Below, piece by piece: positions 37,796-54,526 of a stretch of 64,000 bases of DNA. The DNA is taken from the NCBI RefSeq assembly GCF_001194135.2, contig NC_068988.1, forward strand, positions 56,541,076-56,605,075. Reading direction: 5' to 3'. The stretch is from Octopus bimaculoides (Eukaryota). Under the pieces are notes generated by a model. That model ran no database searches. It was not told where the DNA came from and saw only the letters and a program-made list of their open reading frames with translations. The position numbers and the translations under genes are program-made. Every line of letters begins with the position of its first letter. Positions within the stretch are counted from its first letter, which is position 1.

Positions 37796-38875
37796 CAGGC
37801 TTCTTTCAGTTTCAGTCTACCAGATCCACTCACAAGGCTTTGGTCAGGCTAGGGTTATAGTAGAAGACACCTGCCCAAGGTACCATGTAGTGGGACTGTA
37901 TCCAAGACCACATGATTGGGAAGCGAGTGTCTTGAACTCATAACCATGCTTGTGATATGATAGGCCAAAACATTCCAAGGCAGTGCATAGCTGAACAACA
38001 ATGACCAAAACCAGTGAAAAAAACATACAAACAGAGACAGGCTTTCAGTGTTGCATGTTGTGCAGTTGGCTTATAGTTGTTGAAACACATAAACCATTAT
38101 TTGTTCTTCTGGTCTTAGAGAGATTGTGAAACCCTTGAAAACTGCTTCATTTCCTCCTTCGGACCAGAACATTTAAAAACCAATAAATAAATAAATAATA
38201 ACAAAATAAATGTTATCCGAATTCTTTCATCTCTTTTACTTGTTTTAGTCATAAGATTGCAGTCATGCTAGGGCACTACTTTGAACAGTTTAGTCAAACA
38301 AATTGAATCCAGTTTCCATTTACCGAACTCACTCACAATGCATTGGTCAGCCCAGAGCTCTTGTAGAAGACACTTTCCCAAGATGCTGTGCAGTGGGACT
38401 GACCCCAAAACCAAATGATTGCAATGGGAGCTTCTTAACCACTCAGTCACTCCTGTACCTATAATTGTTGATAAAACCTTATTTTCCTTTCCTTTCTATT
38501 ATAATATTTCCTCATTGACATAAATTCTATTTTCACCTGTTTCCCCTCCACCACCACCACCACCCTTTTTTGTTTTTCTTTTAACCCTTTCCTTACCATA
38601 TTTCTGTTGACTTACACCCTCTTTATTTCAGTTAATTTTGAAAATAACAAAGAATGTACTAAAATATCTTGGTCATTACTGAGCTGGTAAATGGAATATG
38701 GAAAGTAATGTGGAATTTTAATGGGAAATTTTACTCTAGCTCACTTTATATAGAAAGTTTGTATCATAAAAGCAGGGGCAATTTTGGATGGGTTGGTATC
38801 AAAAGGTTTAACGTATTTCCTCATTGGTTCATATCTTCTCTTTTGTTTTCTTCCCACACCACCATGAAACATTAA

Positions 38876-39079
<204 letters not shown>

Positions 39080-39192
39080 TGAACGATGTGCTTAAATATT
39101 TGTCTTTTTCCATGTAGCATGCCAAATTACTCAATATATATTTACACTGCCTAAAATCATAGTGTATGTGTGTGCATATATATATGTATATA

Positions 39193-39229
<37 letters not shown>

Positions 39230-39231
<2 letters not shown>

Positions 39232-39660
39232 CATCATCATCATCGTTTAACGTCCGCTTTCCATGCTAGCATGGGTTGGACGATTTGACTGAGGACTGGT
39301 GAACCAGATGGCTACACCAGGCTCCAATCTGATTTGGCAGAGTTTCTACAGCTGGATGCCCTTCCTAACGCCAACCACTCCGAGACTATAGTGGGTGCTT
39401 TTACGTGCCACCAGCACGAAGGCCAGTCAGGCAGTACTGGCAACGGCCACGCTCACAATGGTGTATTTTACGTGCCACCTGCACAGGAGCCAGTCCGGCG
39501 GCACTGGCAATAATGTCGCTCGAATGTCTTTACATGTGCCAGGAAGGCGACGCTGGGCACAGGTGCCATCACAATTTCGCTTTCGCTTGCCCCAACAGGT
39601 CTTCGCAAACTGAGTTTCATGTCCAATGAAGGAGACGACGTTGGCATGGGTGCCAGTCAT
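39230..39660 (+). mobile_element. Interspersed repeat family C with internal modular tandem units
   Basis: Begins (CAT)n-CGTTTAACGTCCGCTTTCCATGCTAGCATGGGTTGG and contains variable numbers of TTTTACGTGCCAC.../ACTGGCAAC modules. Other copies: 8352-8640(+), 8887-9259(-), 11228-12110(-), 58260-58485(-), 60286-60740(+); short ones near 12405, 22545, 31352, 40037 and 62918. Confidence 0.85.
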
Positions 39661-39852
39661 TGAGAAAATTTAAAGAAATATGTATAATTAGATTAGTGCG
39701 TTTAAATGCTGAGTAGAGCACCGGCACAGTTTAGGCTACTTGTTGACATCCATAATTGTGGTACACTTCTGTTGGATTTACTTCAGGAACTTCACAGTGG
39801 TAGTTAGAGTAATAATATTAATTAATAATAGGAGATGGATTTTGTATTAGAC

Positions 39853-39916
39853 TTTTATTGGGTACAACATATGTTTTGACCCATCAGTCTGGATCTCTTC
39901 AGGTTCATTGATAAAA
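39853..39916 (-). ncRNA. Degenerate minimal hammerhead ribozyme motif (G12 lost)
   Basis: Minus strand: TTTTATCAATGAAC-CTGAAGA-GATCC(AGACTGAT)GGGTC-AAAA-C(ATAT)GTT-GTACCCAATAAAA. Stem II, palindromic stem III ACATATGT and a stem I with internal loop are all present, but GAAA reads AAAA. Confidence 0.55.
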
Positions 39917-42900
39917 AAGTCTCACTAAAGATTTTTAGTGTCGGCTGGCTTGTTATTATATGCCCATCCAGTTTGAGAATGAATAAAAGTAAAAAATACA
40001 TATATATGTGCACGTGCGTGCACACACACACACCTACATCATCATCATTTAATGTCCACTTTCCATGCTGGCATGGGTTGGACAGTTTGACTGGAACTGG
40101 TAAGCTGGAGAGCTACACCAGGTTCTAGATCAATGTTGCCATTCAGCAAATAGAGGTTGATAAAATAAATGCAAACCTAATCGTTAAGTTCAACGTATTC
40201 GATATATTATAATAATATCTTAGAAACTTTATTACAATATGTTGACTACATATGTATGTATGTATGTATGTACACATGTACGTACGAACAACATCAGCAT
40301 CAATGTAGAATTATTTTTACTGATTCATCATCATTATCATCATCGTTTAACATCTATTCTCTATGCTTGCATGGGTCAGAGAGAGTTTATTTGAGGCAAA
40401 ATTTTCTGTAGCCAGATGCCCTTCAGGTCACAAATTCTCATCTGTTTCCAAGCAAGGTAAAGTTTCCCCATGGCCTGACATGTTCCCACAGAATATTGGA
40501 AATGAATGACACTGCTTGTATGACAGTGACACACATTTACAACCATCATATGATGTCAAGACAAGGGCACGGATACACACTCTCATTTTCACATGTGTTT
40601 ATATACATACAACAGGCTTCTTTCTGTTTCTTTCTACCATATTTCTCACAAGGCTTCTGTCAACCTTCAACTATAGTAAAAAACACTTGCCCAAAGTGCT
40701 ACCATGTGGTACTGAACCCAGAACCATGTGGTTGGGAAGCAAACTTCATGTTAGACAGCTACACCCTCACCTATTCATGTTCATTTGATAAGAAGCCTTT
40801 TGTTTTCTGTAACATGCTTTGTTTTCATCCTGTATAAACGAACAATAGTTAAATGTTAGGAGAATTTCAGGAGCAAAGTCATTCTCATAACTACTGGCTG
40901 TAAACATTCATAGAATTTCTGTTCAATTGAAATATGAAACTAGGGTTTTTTGTTTGTTTGTTTTTTAGGTTTACAGACTGTTCTATATTTGTCTACAGTT
41001 ACTTTGATATATACATAATGTGGTATACAATTACACGTTGCTATACAAATGTCAATGTAAGATATTATTATTATTCTATGTGAAATGCCAAACTTACAGA
41101 AGGCTGGCTGAAACATTGCTGCTGTAGCTCTGAATAACAGCATGGAAAGAAAGCTATAATAGAACTTCATTTAATTCTCCACAATTAATTCTTACAGAAG
41201 TTTGGAATACTTTTTTTTTTAAATTTAGCTTCCTTCCAAATGTAATTTAGTTCATTGTTGTAAAATTTCTGTTAATCTTCTTTTTAATTCAGTCAAAATA
41301 TTTAGCAAAAGCTGAGATAGTACTATTAGATTTCATTTTCTTGTTGTTAAGTTATGTGACAGTGTGGGGTTGCTGTAGATAACATGGATTGAGTCCTGCT
41401 GAGAATTTTCTACCTTTCAAGGGGTATCCTTTCTGTTTTGAGCTAATTATAACTGGATTGGTATTGGAGATATGTGCGAGATATACAACAAATTCATAAC
41501 CAAGAATTGAGATCTTGGTCTTCACATTTCTTTGCATTGAAATGTTGTTCTTTTAACCTGTTGAAATCATTACCATCTTAGGTGAGACAAGAGTTCAGTG
41601 TACATAAGTCTATTCAATTCTATTACCAATGACCGAGTTCGACTGAGATGCGGGTGTATATTTCATGATGTCTGTAAAAAAAATGCTCTCTTTACATTCT
41701 GCTACTTTCAAACAATTTACTTCTGTTATCATGGATGTCTGAGACTTAGCTTTCAAACGCATGCACACACACACATTCATGTGCACACACACACACACTC
41801 AAACTCAAATACACATACACACACACACTGGTATCTTTTTACCCTGTGAGCCTTGCACCATTCATCTTCTTCCTTCCACTGCACAACTCTTGTTTACTTC
41901 CAACTTGTCACAGTTTTGTAACAATGTAAGGCACGTGGCTCAGTCAGTGGTTCAAGCATCGAGCTCACAATTATGAGGTAGAGAGTTCAATTCTGGACCA
42001 GGCTGTATATCACGTTCTTGGGCAAGACACTATATTTCATATTGCTCCAGTTCACTCAGCTGTAGAAATAAGTTGTGACATCACTGGTGCCAAGCTGTAT
42101 CATCCTTTGCCTTTCCCTTGGATAACATCAGCATGGAGAGGGGAGGCTGGTATGCATGGGCGACTGCTGGTCTTCCACAAACAATCTTGCCCAGACTTGT
42201 GCCTCAGAGGGTAACTTTGTAAGTGCAATACCATGGTCATTCATGACTAAAGGGAGTCTTTAATGGTTGAATAAAATCTTTAATAACTGTGAAGTGTCGG
42301 TCATCAATTCTTTGCAGTTCATCTAGAAATTAACTTGCCATTCACTGCTTTGTCCTAAATCATTACACCAAACTTGTCACATCTTCAACCTGTTACATTT
42401 ACTTCCATTATGGATTACATATTGACATATTTCATAATGCTTCTTTTGTCACATTCTTAATGTCAACAAACTTGCTTTCCCACTCTAAGATTAAAGCATC
42501 TAATTTAGTTGGACAAAAGTTGAAAAACTACTTCAGTGTAATGGTATTGTAGTTTTTTTGGATTACAAAAGATGCATATTTTAAGTCCTGCAGGAGACTT
42601 TTCTTTCTTTCTTTATTATTATTATTATTTATATATCCAAGAGGTTTTTTTACATCTATTTCTTTTTATGAGCTATTATTTAGAACCGGATTGGCATTCT
42701 AAATATGTCATTTATAGATTACTTTTTTTTTTTTTACACATTTCACAATATTTCTGTTACACTCTAAACATCAGAAAAAAAACAAGCTTTCTTGATGAAA
42801 AACCTCTTTAGTGTAATGGCATCGTGACTGTCTTGGTTACAGTAGATGTGTGGTTTGAATCCTACAGGTAACTCTCTACATCTTTCCTCTATGCAAGGCT

Positions 42901-43206
42901 TTTTTTAACCATATATATGGTAAGCTGTTATTTATAACTAGATTGGCATCTAAAATGCATCATCATTTAACATCTTTGTTTCCATGCTGGCACAGGTTGG
43001 ATGGTTTGACATGAACAGACAAGCCAGAGAGTTGTACTGAGCTCCAGTGTCTGCTTTGACATGGTTCCTACAGCTAGTTTCCCTCCCTTCCTAAAACCAA
43101 TCACTTCACAGAGCGTGGGTTCTTTTTCCTTGATACTAGCACTGGTGAGGTCACCAAGTACCTGCAAAACATGACCAACATTTTATAAAAGACTTATATC
43201 TCTTAA

Positions 43207-43557
<351 letters not shown>

Positions 43558-43688
43558 TAGCTGTTGGTATGAATTTTTACATGAAACTAGCCAAAAACTG
43601 TGGTTGATGGTATCAGCTGCACCCTCTCCTAAACTTTCAAGCATTGTGCCTATGTTAGAAGCTATTATCATTATCATTATCATTATTA

Positions 43689-43723
<35 letters not shown>

Positions 43724-43825
43724 GGTGGTAGTGGTGGGGGGGGGGAGATTACTGTACTGGGGTCAATGTAATCGAATTACCCCCCCCCCAAAAAAAAAAC
43801 TTGCTGGCCTTGTACCAAAATTTGA

Positions 43826-45582
<1,757 letters not shown>

Positions 45583-45684
45583 GTGAACTAGAAAAAGAAG
45601 AAAAAATTAGAGCCAAGGAAGAATATGACAAAAGTGTGAAGAAATTTGAGAGTGTTGTTAAAAAGCAAGAGCAATTGTTAAGAG
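45583..45684 (+). CDS. KIFAP3: KAP3 coding exon starting after the AC acceptor
   Basis: Translation (S)ELEKEEKIRAKEEYDKSVKKFESVVKKQEQLLR has the conserved 'KQEQLLR'. GTTTGT donor at 45685, phase 1. Confidence 0.93.
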
Positions 45685-46319
45685 GTTTGTACCAGTGAGA
45701 AACTAATTTCTGCTTTGATGTTTATTGAACACCGAAAAAGAAAAGAATCATACCATGTATTTTAATTTCTGTTTTCTATCTTTTATCTGTCTTAGTCATG
45801 AGACTGAGGCCATGCTGGGGCACCACCTTGAAGAATTTTTAGTCAAATGAATCAACCCCTACTACTTCTTTTTCCCTTTTTTGTTGTTAACCTTTTTTGT
45901 TGTTTTACCGAACCGCTAAGTTACAAAGATGTAAATACACTGACACCAGTTGTCAAGTGATAGTGGTGGGTCAAACACACACACACATACATCCAATTCA
46001 GTTATTCATCAATACGAAATTGAATCGGGAGCTTTCATTAGTTGTTTATACACTCATGGATGGCCACCCCTATGGTTTGCATCACAGTTACTCACAGAAG
46101 TTTAAAGGGAGTGGATAAATTGATTATATCAACTCCAGTGTTCAACTGGTACTTATTTTATGAACTGTGAAAGGATGACAGGCAAAGTTGACCTTGGCAG
46201 AATTTAAACTTCGAACACTGCTGAGCATTTTGCCCAGTGTGCTTACAATTCTGCCAGCTCACTGCCTTTTGTTTATACAATAATATTGTTGGTATAACAC
46301 TGTTGTTGTTGTTGTTGTT

Positions 46320-46606
46320 GTTGGCACTCCGTCGCTTACGACGTCAAGGGTTCCAGTTGATCCGATCAATGGAACAGCCTGCTCGTGAAATTAACGTGCA
46401 AGTGGTTGAGCACTCCACAGACACGTGTACCCTTAACGTAGTTCTTGAGGATATTCAGCGTGACACAGTGTGACAAGGCTGACCCTTTGAAATACAGGCA
46501 CAGCAGAAACAGGAAGTAAGAGTGAGAGAAAGTTGTGGTGAAAGAGTACAGCAGGGTTCGCCACCATCCTCTGCTGGAGCCTCGTGGAGCTTTAGGTGTT
46601 TTCGCT
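46320..46606 (-). mobile_element. SINE-like repeat with (CAA)n tail, truncated by an assembly gap
   Basis: GC/CpG-richer ~290-bp segment abutting (TTG)n at 46300-46322 and running into the N-gap at 46607. Confidence 0.5.
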
Positions 46607-47243
46607 NNNNNNNNNNNNNNNNNNNNNNNNNNNNNNNNNNNNNNNNNNNNNNNNNNNNNNNNNNNNNNNNNNNNNNNNNNNNNNNNNNNNNNNNNNNNNN
46701 NNNNNNNNNNNNNNNNNNNNNNNNNNNNNNNNNNNNNNNNNNNNNNNNNNNNNNNNNNNNNNNNNNNNNNNNNNNNNNNNNNNNNNNNNNNNNNNNNNNN
46801 NNNNNNNNNNNNNNNNNNNNNNNNNNNNNNNNNNNNNNNNNNNNNNNNNNNNNNNNNNNNNNNNNNNNNNNNNNNNNNNNNNNNNNNNNNNNNNNNNNNN
46901 NNNNNNNNNNNNNNNNNNNNNNNNNNNNNNNNNNNNNNNNNNNNNNNNNNNNNNNNNNNNNNNNNNNNNNNNNNNNNNNNNNNNNNNNNNNNNNNNNNNN
47001 NNNNNNNNNNNNNNNNNNNNNNNNNNNNNNNNNNNNNNNNNNNNNNNNNNNNNNNNNNNNNNNNNNNNNNNNNNNNNNNNNNNNNNNNNNNNNNGATGCC
47101 CTTCCTATCGCCAGTCCTCAGCTGTTTCCAAGCAAGTTAATATTTCCCCGTGGTCAAACTTGATTTCCATGAGAGATTGGAAATGAACATCGCTTATTTG
47201 ATAGTGATGCTCATTTACAACCATCACATGCTGTCAAGACAAG

Positions 47244-47285
<42 letters not shown>

Positions 47286-48779
47286 TACACACAAACAGAT
47301 ATATATATATATATATGCATGATGGGCTTCTTACAGTTTCTGTCTCTCAAATCCACTCACAAGGCTTTGATCAGCCTGAGACTATTGTAAAAGACAGAAG
47401 CCCAAGATGCCATGCATTGGGACTGAACCTGAGACCACATGAGTGGGGAAACAAACTTCTTAACCACATAGCTACATCTGTACCTAAGTCATGTCTGCGC
47501 CTCGGTTCAGATTTTGTAGAGGTGGTGGGTTGACAAAATTGCTACAGTATGAGAGAAAATATTTCCTGGTATTTAGTTACACCTCTATAAGTCCTGAGTG
47601 CAAATTCTGCCAAGATTGACTTTACTTTAGCATTCATCCAGGATCAAAGTACTACTAGACACCAGCATGGCTGTGTGGTTAAAAAGCTTACTTTGTAACC
47701 ACATGGTTTTAAGTTCAGTCCCACTGTACCCCACCTTGGGCAAGTGTGTGTTTGTGTCTGTGGTTGTTCTCACCACCTGACAACTGGTGTTGGTTTGTTT
47801 ACATCTCTATAACTCAGCAGTTCAGCAATGGAGACCAATAGAACAAGTACCAGACTTAAAAATAAGTATTGGGGTTGATTTGTTCAACTAAAATTCTCAG
47901 GACAGTACTCCAGCATAGCCACCATCCAGTGTCTGAAATAAATAGATGTAGTAAAAGAAAATTGACTGTGTTGATGTATATCACCTGCATATTGTGACTC
48001 GGCCATTCAATAATGGACAGATGCCAATAATGTATACCTATAGAGATTTGTAGGTACTACATCTGAAAGCATGCATAACATAAGTCCAGAAAAAGAGTAA
48101 AAATGATGCTGGTATTATGTTGAAGAAAGCGTGTTAGTCTAATTAGCTCAGCTTAACGGAATAGAATGTAGTCAACAAGCATATTATGGATAGCATTAAA
48201 TGTAGTGTGTTGAGAAATTTCAGCTGTATAAACATACGTTTGATTGAAGAACATATGGAGATGTATGGATTGCAAGATTCAGAAAAATTAGGTCAGATTT
48301 AAAAAAAAATAATCAGCTGTAAAATTGAAAGAGTACAGCCCAGCCTCAACCCCTAAAATAACGAGGGAAATATCTGAAGTAAAAATATATGTATCTATAT
48401 TTATCTGCAATGTTTAGCTTTATCTTTTTATCACTTTACTTGTTCCAGTCATTAGACTGCAGCCATGCTGGGGCACCGCTTTGAAGGGTTTAATCCAATT
48501 ACGGGCATTTTGTGGTATGCTGGGCTTCCTGAGTGATGTACCTAATGAAAATTTACCTTGAATTGTTTTTTAGTAGTGGAGCCCAGCTCATGATGGGCCC
48601 TCTCTCATGTGGCCCACTTCTTGAGAAAGGTTGCCCTAGCCTGGCTTAATGTAACAAATTTGGTCCCAGTATTTAAAAAAAAAAATTTTTTGGTACTTAT
48701 TATATTAGTCTCCTTTGCCCAACAGCTAAGTTATAGTTGTCAAACAGAAAAAAAAAATGCATGCACACACACACACACA

Positions 48780-48827
<48 letters not shown>

Positions 48828-49404
48828 NNNNNNNNNNNNNNNNNNNNNNNNNNNNNNNNNNNNNNNNNNNNNNNNNNNNNNNNNNNNNNNNNNNNNNNNN
48901 NNNNNNNNNNNNNNNNNNNNNNNNNNNNNNNNNNNNNNNNNNNNNNNNNNNNNNNNNNNNNNNNNNNNNNNNNNNNNNNNNNNNNNNNNNNNNNNNNNNN
49001 NNNNNNNNNNNNNNNNNNNNNNNNNNNNNNNNNNNNNNNNNNNNNNNNNNNNNNNNNNNNNNNNNNNNNNNNNNNNNNNNNNNNNNNNNNNNNNNNNNNN
49101 NNNNNNNNNNNNNNNNNNNNNNNNNNNNNNNNNNNNNNNNNNNNNNNNNNNNNNNNNNNNNNNNNNNNNNNNNNNNNNNNNNNNNNNNNNNNNNNNNNNN
49201 NNNNNNNNNNNNNNNNNNNNNNNNNNNNNNNNNNNNNNNNNNNNNNNNNNNNNNNNNNNNNNNNNNNNNNNNNNNNNNNNNNNNNNNNNNNNNNNNNNNN
49301 NNNNNNNNNNNNNNNNNNNNNNNNNNNNNNNNNNNNNNNNNNNNNNNNNNNNNNNNNNNNNNNNNNNNNNNNNNNNNNNNNNNNNNNNNNNNNNNNNNNN
49401 NNNN
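46607..49404. other. Region with two assembly gaps (46607-47094 and 48828-49404) inside KIFAP3
   Basis: N runs of 488 and 577 nt. Other gaps: 3191-3321, 8641-8886, 11467-11599, 15103-15574, 30558-31311, 32356-32628, 60770-61485. Confidence 0.99.
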
Positions 49405-50569
49405 GCCACGATTCAGTGTGTAGTGTTAAGTTGGTGGTTAAGAACAATACAATAAAATGACAAAACGAAACAACAATATAAAATAAAATGGGAATATAAA
49501 ATCCTGAGCAGAAAAGAAAAGAAAAAGAAAAAGAAATACACAGATATTCATGTAAAAAAATAAAAATAAACTTAAAATAAAAATAAAACTTAAAATAAAA
49601 TAAAAAATAAAGCGAGTCAAATCCGTGGGGCGGGTAATCTAAGAAGTAATAAGAGAAAGTCTGGATAGTCAAGTAAGCTACATCTAAGCTATTTAGATGG
49701 GTTGGTGAAGGGTCCTGAGGAAAAATCTAAATGTAGAAGAGGAAGATAAAGCGATAAATAGATATAGATACAGAGATCTTAAAGGTCGTAAGGGATAGAT
49801 ATATATGAGCTGTGTCTGTCTATATCAGTGGTGGGTCGTAAATAAGAAGTGTCATGCCAGAATAGACTTGAAACATGAAACATGATATTCTTGTGGTGAG
49901 TGGTCAGTGGTCAACCTAAGTGAATTACAACTTAAGTGTACTATTGTTTGGATTTACAATTTATTCTTTCACCTCAACCACGAGCTGGCATACACAGGTG
50001 CTTACAATTGTCAAGTATTACCTCTAAATTTTATATATAGATATAGATAGATAGATATATAGATAGATAGATATATGTATATATGTGTGTATAAGTATGG
50101 TTGTGTATGCTTCACAATCCTTTGGTTTCAACCTAACTCCCTTTGTCCCACTGTGTAGTACTTGGGCAAGTGCCTTCCACTATGACTGAGCTGACCAAAT
50201 TTGGTAGAAGGAAACTGAAAGAAGCCTGTTTTGTGTGTGTGTGTGTGCCTCTCATTGTCATGTCATCACTATCATGCCAACAGTGTCATTCAGTTACAAT
50301 CATCCACAAAATCATGTCTAGCCATAGTGCTGTTCATATTTGATAGACTTGGAGAATATCACCTGACTTGGAAACAGCTGAGGGTTGGCAACTGGAAGAG
50401 CATCTGGCCTTAGAATTTCATCTGACCCATTCAAGTACAGGGAAGTGGATGGTAAAACAATGATGATGATGATGATATATTCTTCTTAACAATGTTATTG
50501 TAAATGTTTCTAATTTTGAAATGCATATCATATAACTATGTCTAACCTTTGTCTCCCTCATCGTCCTAG

Positions 50570-50737
<168 letters not shown>

Positions 50738-51129
50738 TAGCAAAGAGCTTTATTATCCCTCTGGTACTAACCACCTACTATTGATAATGATGGCTGCTGC
50801 TGTTGTTGTTGTGTGGTGATGGTGGCAGCAGCAATAACTTGTTCTGCCTGTTTCTAACAGTCTATTTACATTTGTGCAATGCATTGGTTGCTAGCTACAC
50901 ATTTTCATCTTATATTTTCCCTTCTTTCTGATACTCTCTCTTTCTCTCCTTCCTCCTTTTCCCTCTCTCTCTCTCACCTCTCCTCACCACTCTTCTCTTT
51001 TCTTTCTCCCCTTTTATCCCCTTTTACCTCTCTCATCTCCCCACCTCTCATTACAATCATTATTCTCTGTCTTTTTCTCCTCTCTTCAACATTTGCCTCT
51101 TCACTTTTCCATCACATATTGGAAGAAAA

Positions 51130-51390
51130 TGTGTGTGTATATATATATATATGTATATATATGTGTGTGTGTATATATATGTATATATATATGTGTGTGT
51201 GTGTGTATATATATGTATATATGTATGTGTGTGTGTGTGTGTATATATGTATGTATATATGTGTGTGTGTGTATATATATGTATGTATATATGTGTGGGT
51301 GTGTATATATATGTATATATTTATATGTGTGTGTGTGTATATATGTATGTGTGTGTGTATATGTGTGTATATATATGTATGCATATATGG
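51130..51390. repeat. Compound (TA)n/(TG)n microsatellite (one of dozens in the window)
   Basis: Directly visible. Others include (TA)n flanking the gaps at 3191 and 30558, (CA)n 14870-14912, 48765-48827 and 62870-62916, (CAT)n 10818-10862, (TAG)n 10611-10640, (GAT)n 45230-45288, (ATT)n 43670-43722 and 43826-43873, (CT)n 53990-54110. Confidence 0.95.
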
Positions 51391-52312
51391 GTACAGGACG
51401 TCACCAACTGTAAACCAGATGAAATACACAAATGAGTTAAATATGCAAACAATGAGAGAGAAAAATGGAAATCAGGACAAGTTAACACAGAGAACAACCC
51501 TTCATCAGTTGTCGGCTGTCTACTCCTCATTTCGAGCATTCAATGACGATATGAGTCTTCAAAAACAGTTGCTCCCATAAATTCCAAAATAAAATTTAGG
51601 ATTTATGGAGGGTCAAAGTTGGGAACAAAAACAGAACAGTGGAGACATACAGGGAAACCAAATGAAAACAAATATGGGGGTTCCTTAGAGCAGAATGAGA
51701 GGAAAATAGTGAATGCTGGGAGAAATATTTTCTTTGCATAGAGAAAAGATAGAAGTGTGTGTCTGTGATTGTCCCCCACCGATGCGTGACAACTGATGCT
51801 GGTGTGTTTATGTCCCTGTAACTTAGCAGTTCAGCAAAAGAGACCAACAGCAGCCATGTTGTGGCACCACCTTGGTGAATTTTTAGTCAAATGAATCAAC
51901 CCCGAGGACTTTTTTTTTAAGCCTGGTACTTATTCTATAGGTTTCTTTTGCCAAATTGCTACGTTACAGGGACATAAACAAACCAACACTGGTTGTCAAG
52001 TGATGGTGGGGATCACACACATATATGCCTGGCTTCATACAGTTTCCATCTACCAAATCCACTCACAAGGCTTTGGTCAGCCCGAGGCTATAGTAGAAGA
52101 CACTTGCCCAAGGTGCCACCCAGTGGGACTGAACCCAGGACCGTGTGGTTAGAAAGCAAATTTCTTACCACACAGCCATGCCTGCACTTATAGGCATATC
52201 TACTAAATTACAAGGATCAGCATTGAATGACATTATTTTGCTTCTCAAAAATAAATCTTTCAAAAGTTAATGGTGTCTATTTACTTTTGAGACGTCTGTG
52301 TACATGTAATGA

Positions 52313-52609
<297 letters not shown>

Positions 52610-53996
52610 TGACCGTAGTTTTTGACACTGGAGACAAACACACACACACACACACATGTTCAGAAATATACACATACAGATAGAGTGAGAGAGAGAGAGA
52701 GATATTACAGTTTTATGAATTGGATATGATTTACATAAACTCTTTTCTCTTTCCTCATATGCATAAAAATTAAAAAAATGCTTATACACATAAACAGAGA
52801 GAAAGACAAAGACCAAACGAGAGGGATGGAGAGAGGTGGGGTTTCTCTTATTTCTTTTATGCATGTGTAAAAGGGTAAAGACCTTCTTCGGTATTGAATG
52901 ACCATGGAATTGCTCCAAAGAAGTCTCCCTCTGTAGCACAAGTCTGGGCAAGGTTATTTGTGGAAGACCAGCAATCACCCATGCATACCAGCCTCCCCTC
53001 TCCACACCATTATATGTACATAGGGTAATGGGTAAAGACCCCCTTCTGTCATGAATGACCATAGGATTGCACCTAGAAAGTCCCCATCGCAAGCACAAGT
53101 CTGTACAAGGTTGTTTGTGGAAGACCAGCTGTCGCCCATGCATACTGACCTCTCCTCTCCACACCACTGATGGGCAAAGGCCGATACAGCTTGGCACCAG
53201 TGATGGCGCAACTTATTATTGATTGAACATGATTGACATGAACACATTTCCTTTCCTCATACATATACAGGGAAATATGCTCACACACACATAAACCATG
53301 TGAGGGAGAGGGATTAAGATGTCTAATGTCAAATAAGTCATTATTGAATCAATGATACCAGATAGGCAGTGCTAAAACAACTGTGTGAAAATGTCTGATA
53401 CCTGTAAATATAGGAGATCAAGTGTGACAAATAGTTAGTCATTAGATCATTGAATAGAATGACCTGCAGTATTTGTTCTGAGTTCAAATCTTTGAGGTCC
53501 AATGAAATAAAGTATCAATCCAGGGTGTTGGCTTAAGGAAACTGTGCATTAGATTGGGATACCTTGTGGTAATTGTTCCGCTCTCTGCAACAACACTGAA
53601 GCCAAGCTATATTAGCCCTTGAGTCCGTGACTTAACTTTCTCTTGGGCAATATCTGGGGCATGAAGAGGGATAAACTTAGCATGCATGGGCAGCTGCTAG
53701 TCTTGCACAAAATAAACCTGCACACTGCAGATGTCAATCCTTGTTGCAGTGTGGGGTGGTTTGTGTGCCTCAGTGACCCTGAAAGCAAATACTGGCGGGA
53801 CACAAATTCCAAGTAGGATGTCCCTTATTGGACTGGTCAAATAATAGGAGGCCAGACTAATGTGGACCACTTCTTCCCAGAGGTGAAAATGGGTTTGCCT
53901 AAGGCCAACACTCCTATTTAAATAGAATAAAGTGAAGTTACAGAAGCATTGATGTCCATTTAAAGCAAACAGGACCTGCCCGATCCACACTCTCTC

Positions 53997-54035
<39 letters not shown>

Positions 54036-54139
54036 TTCTCTCTCTCTCTCTTCCTCTTTCTCTTTCTCTCCCTCTCTGTGTTTCTCTCTTTCTCCCTCCC
54101 TCCTCTCTCTCTGTTGCTAAAAGTGTAGGTTTCCTTTAA

Positions 54140-54526
<387 letters not shown>

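Noticed and set aside
41424-41432. GTATCCTTT, a perfect U12 donor inside KIFAP3 intron 39039-43291
   Set aside because: Upstream AGs give exons with in-frame stops, and there is no U12 branch site before the next acceptor; probably chance.
50879-51580. 233-aa ORF
   Set aside because: Made of a CT-rich tract and TA/TG microsatellite.
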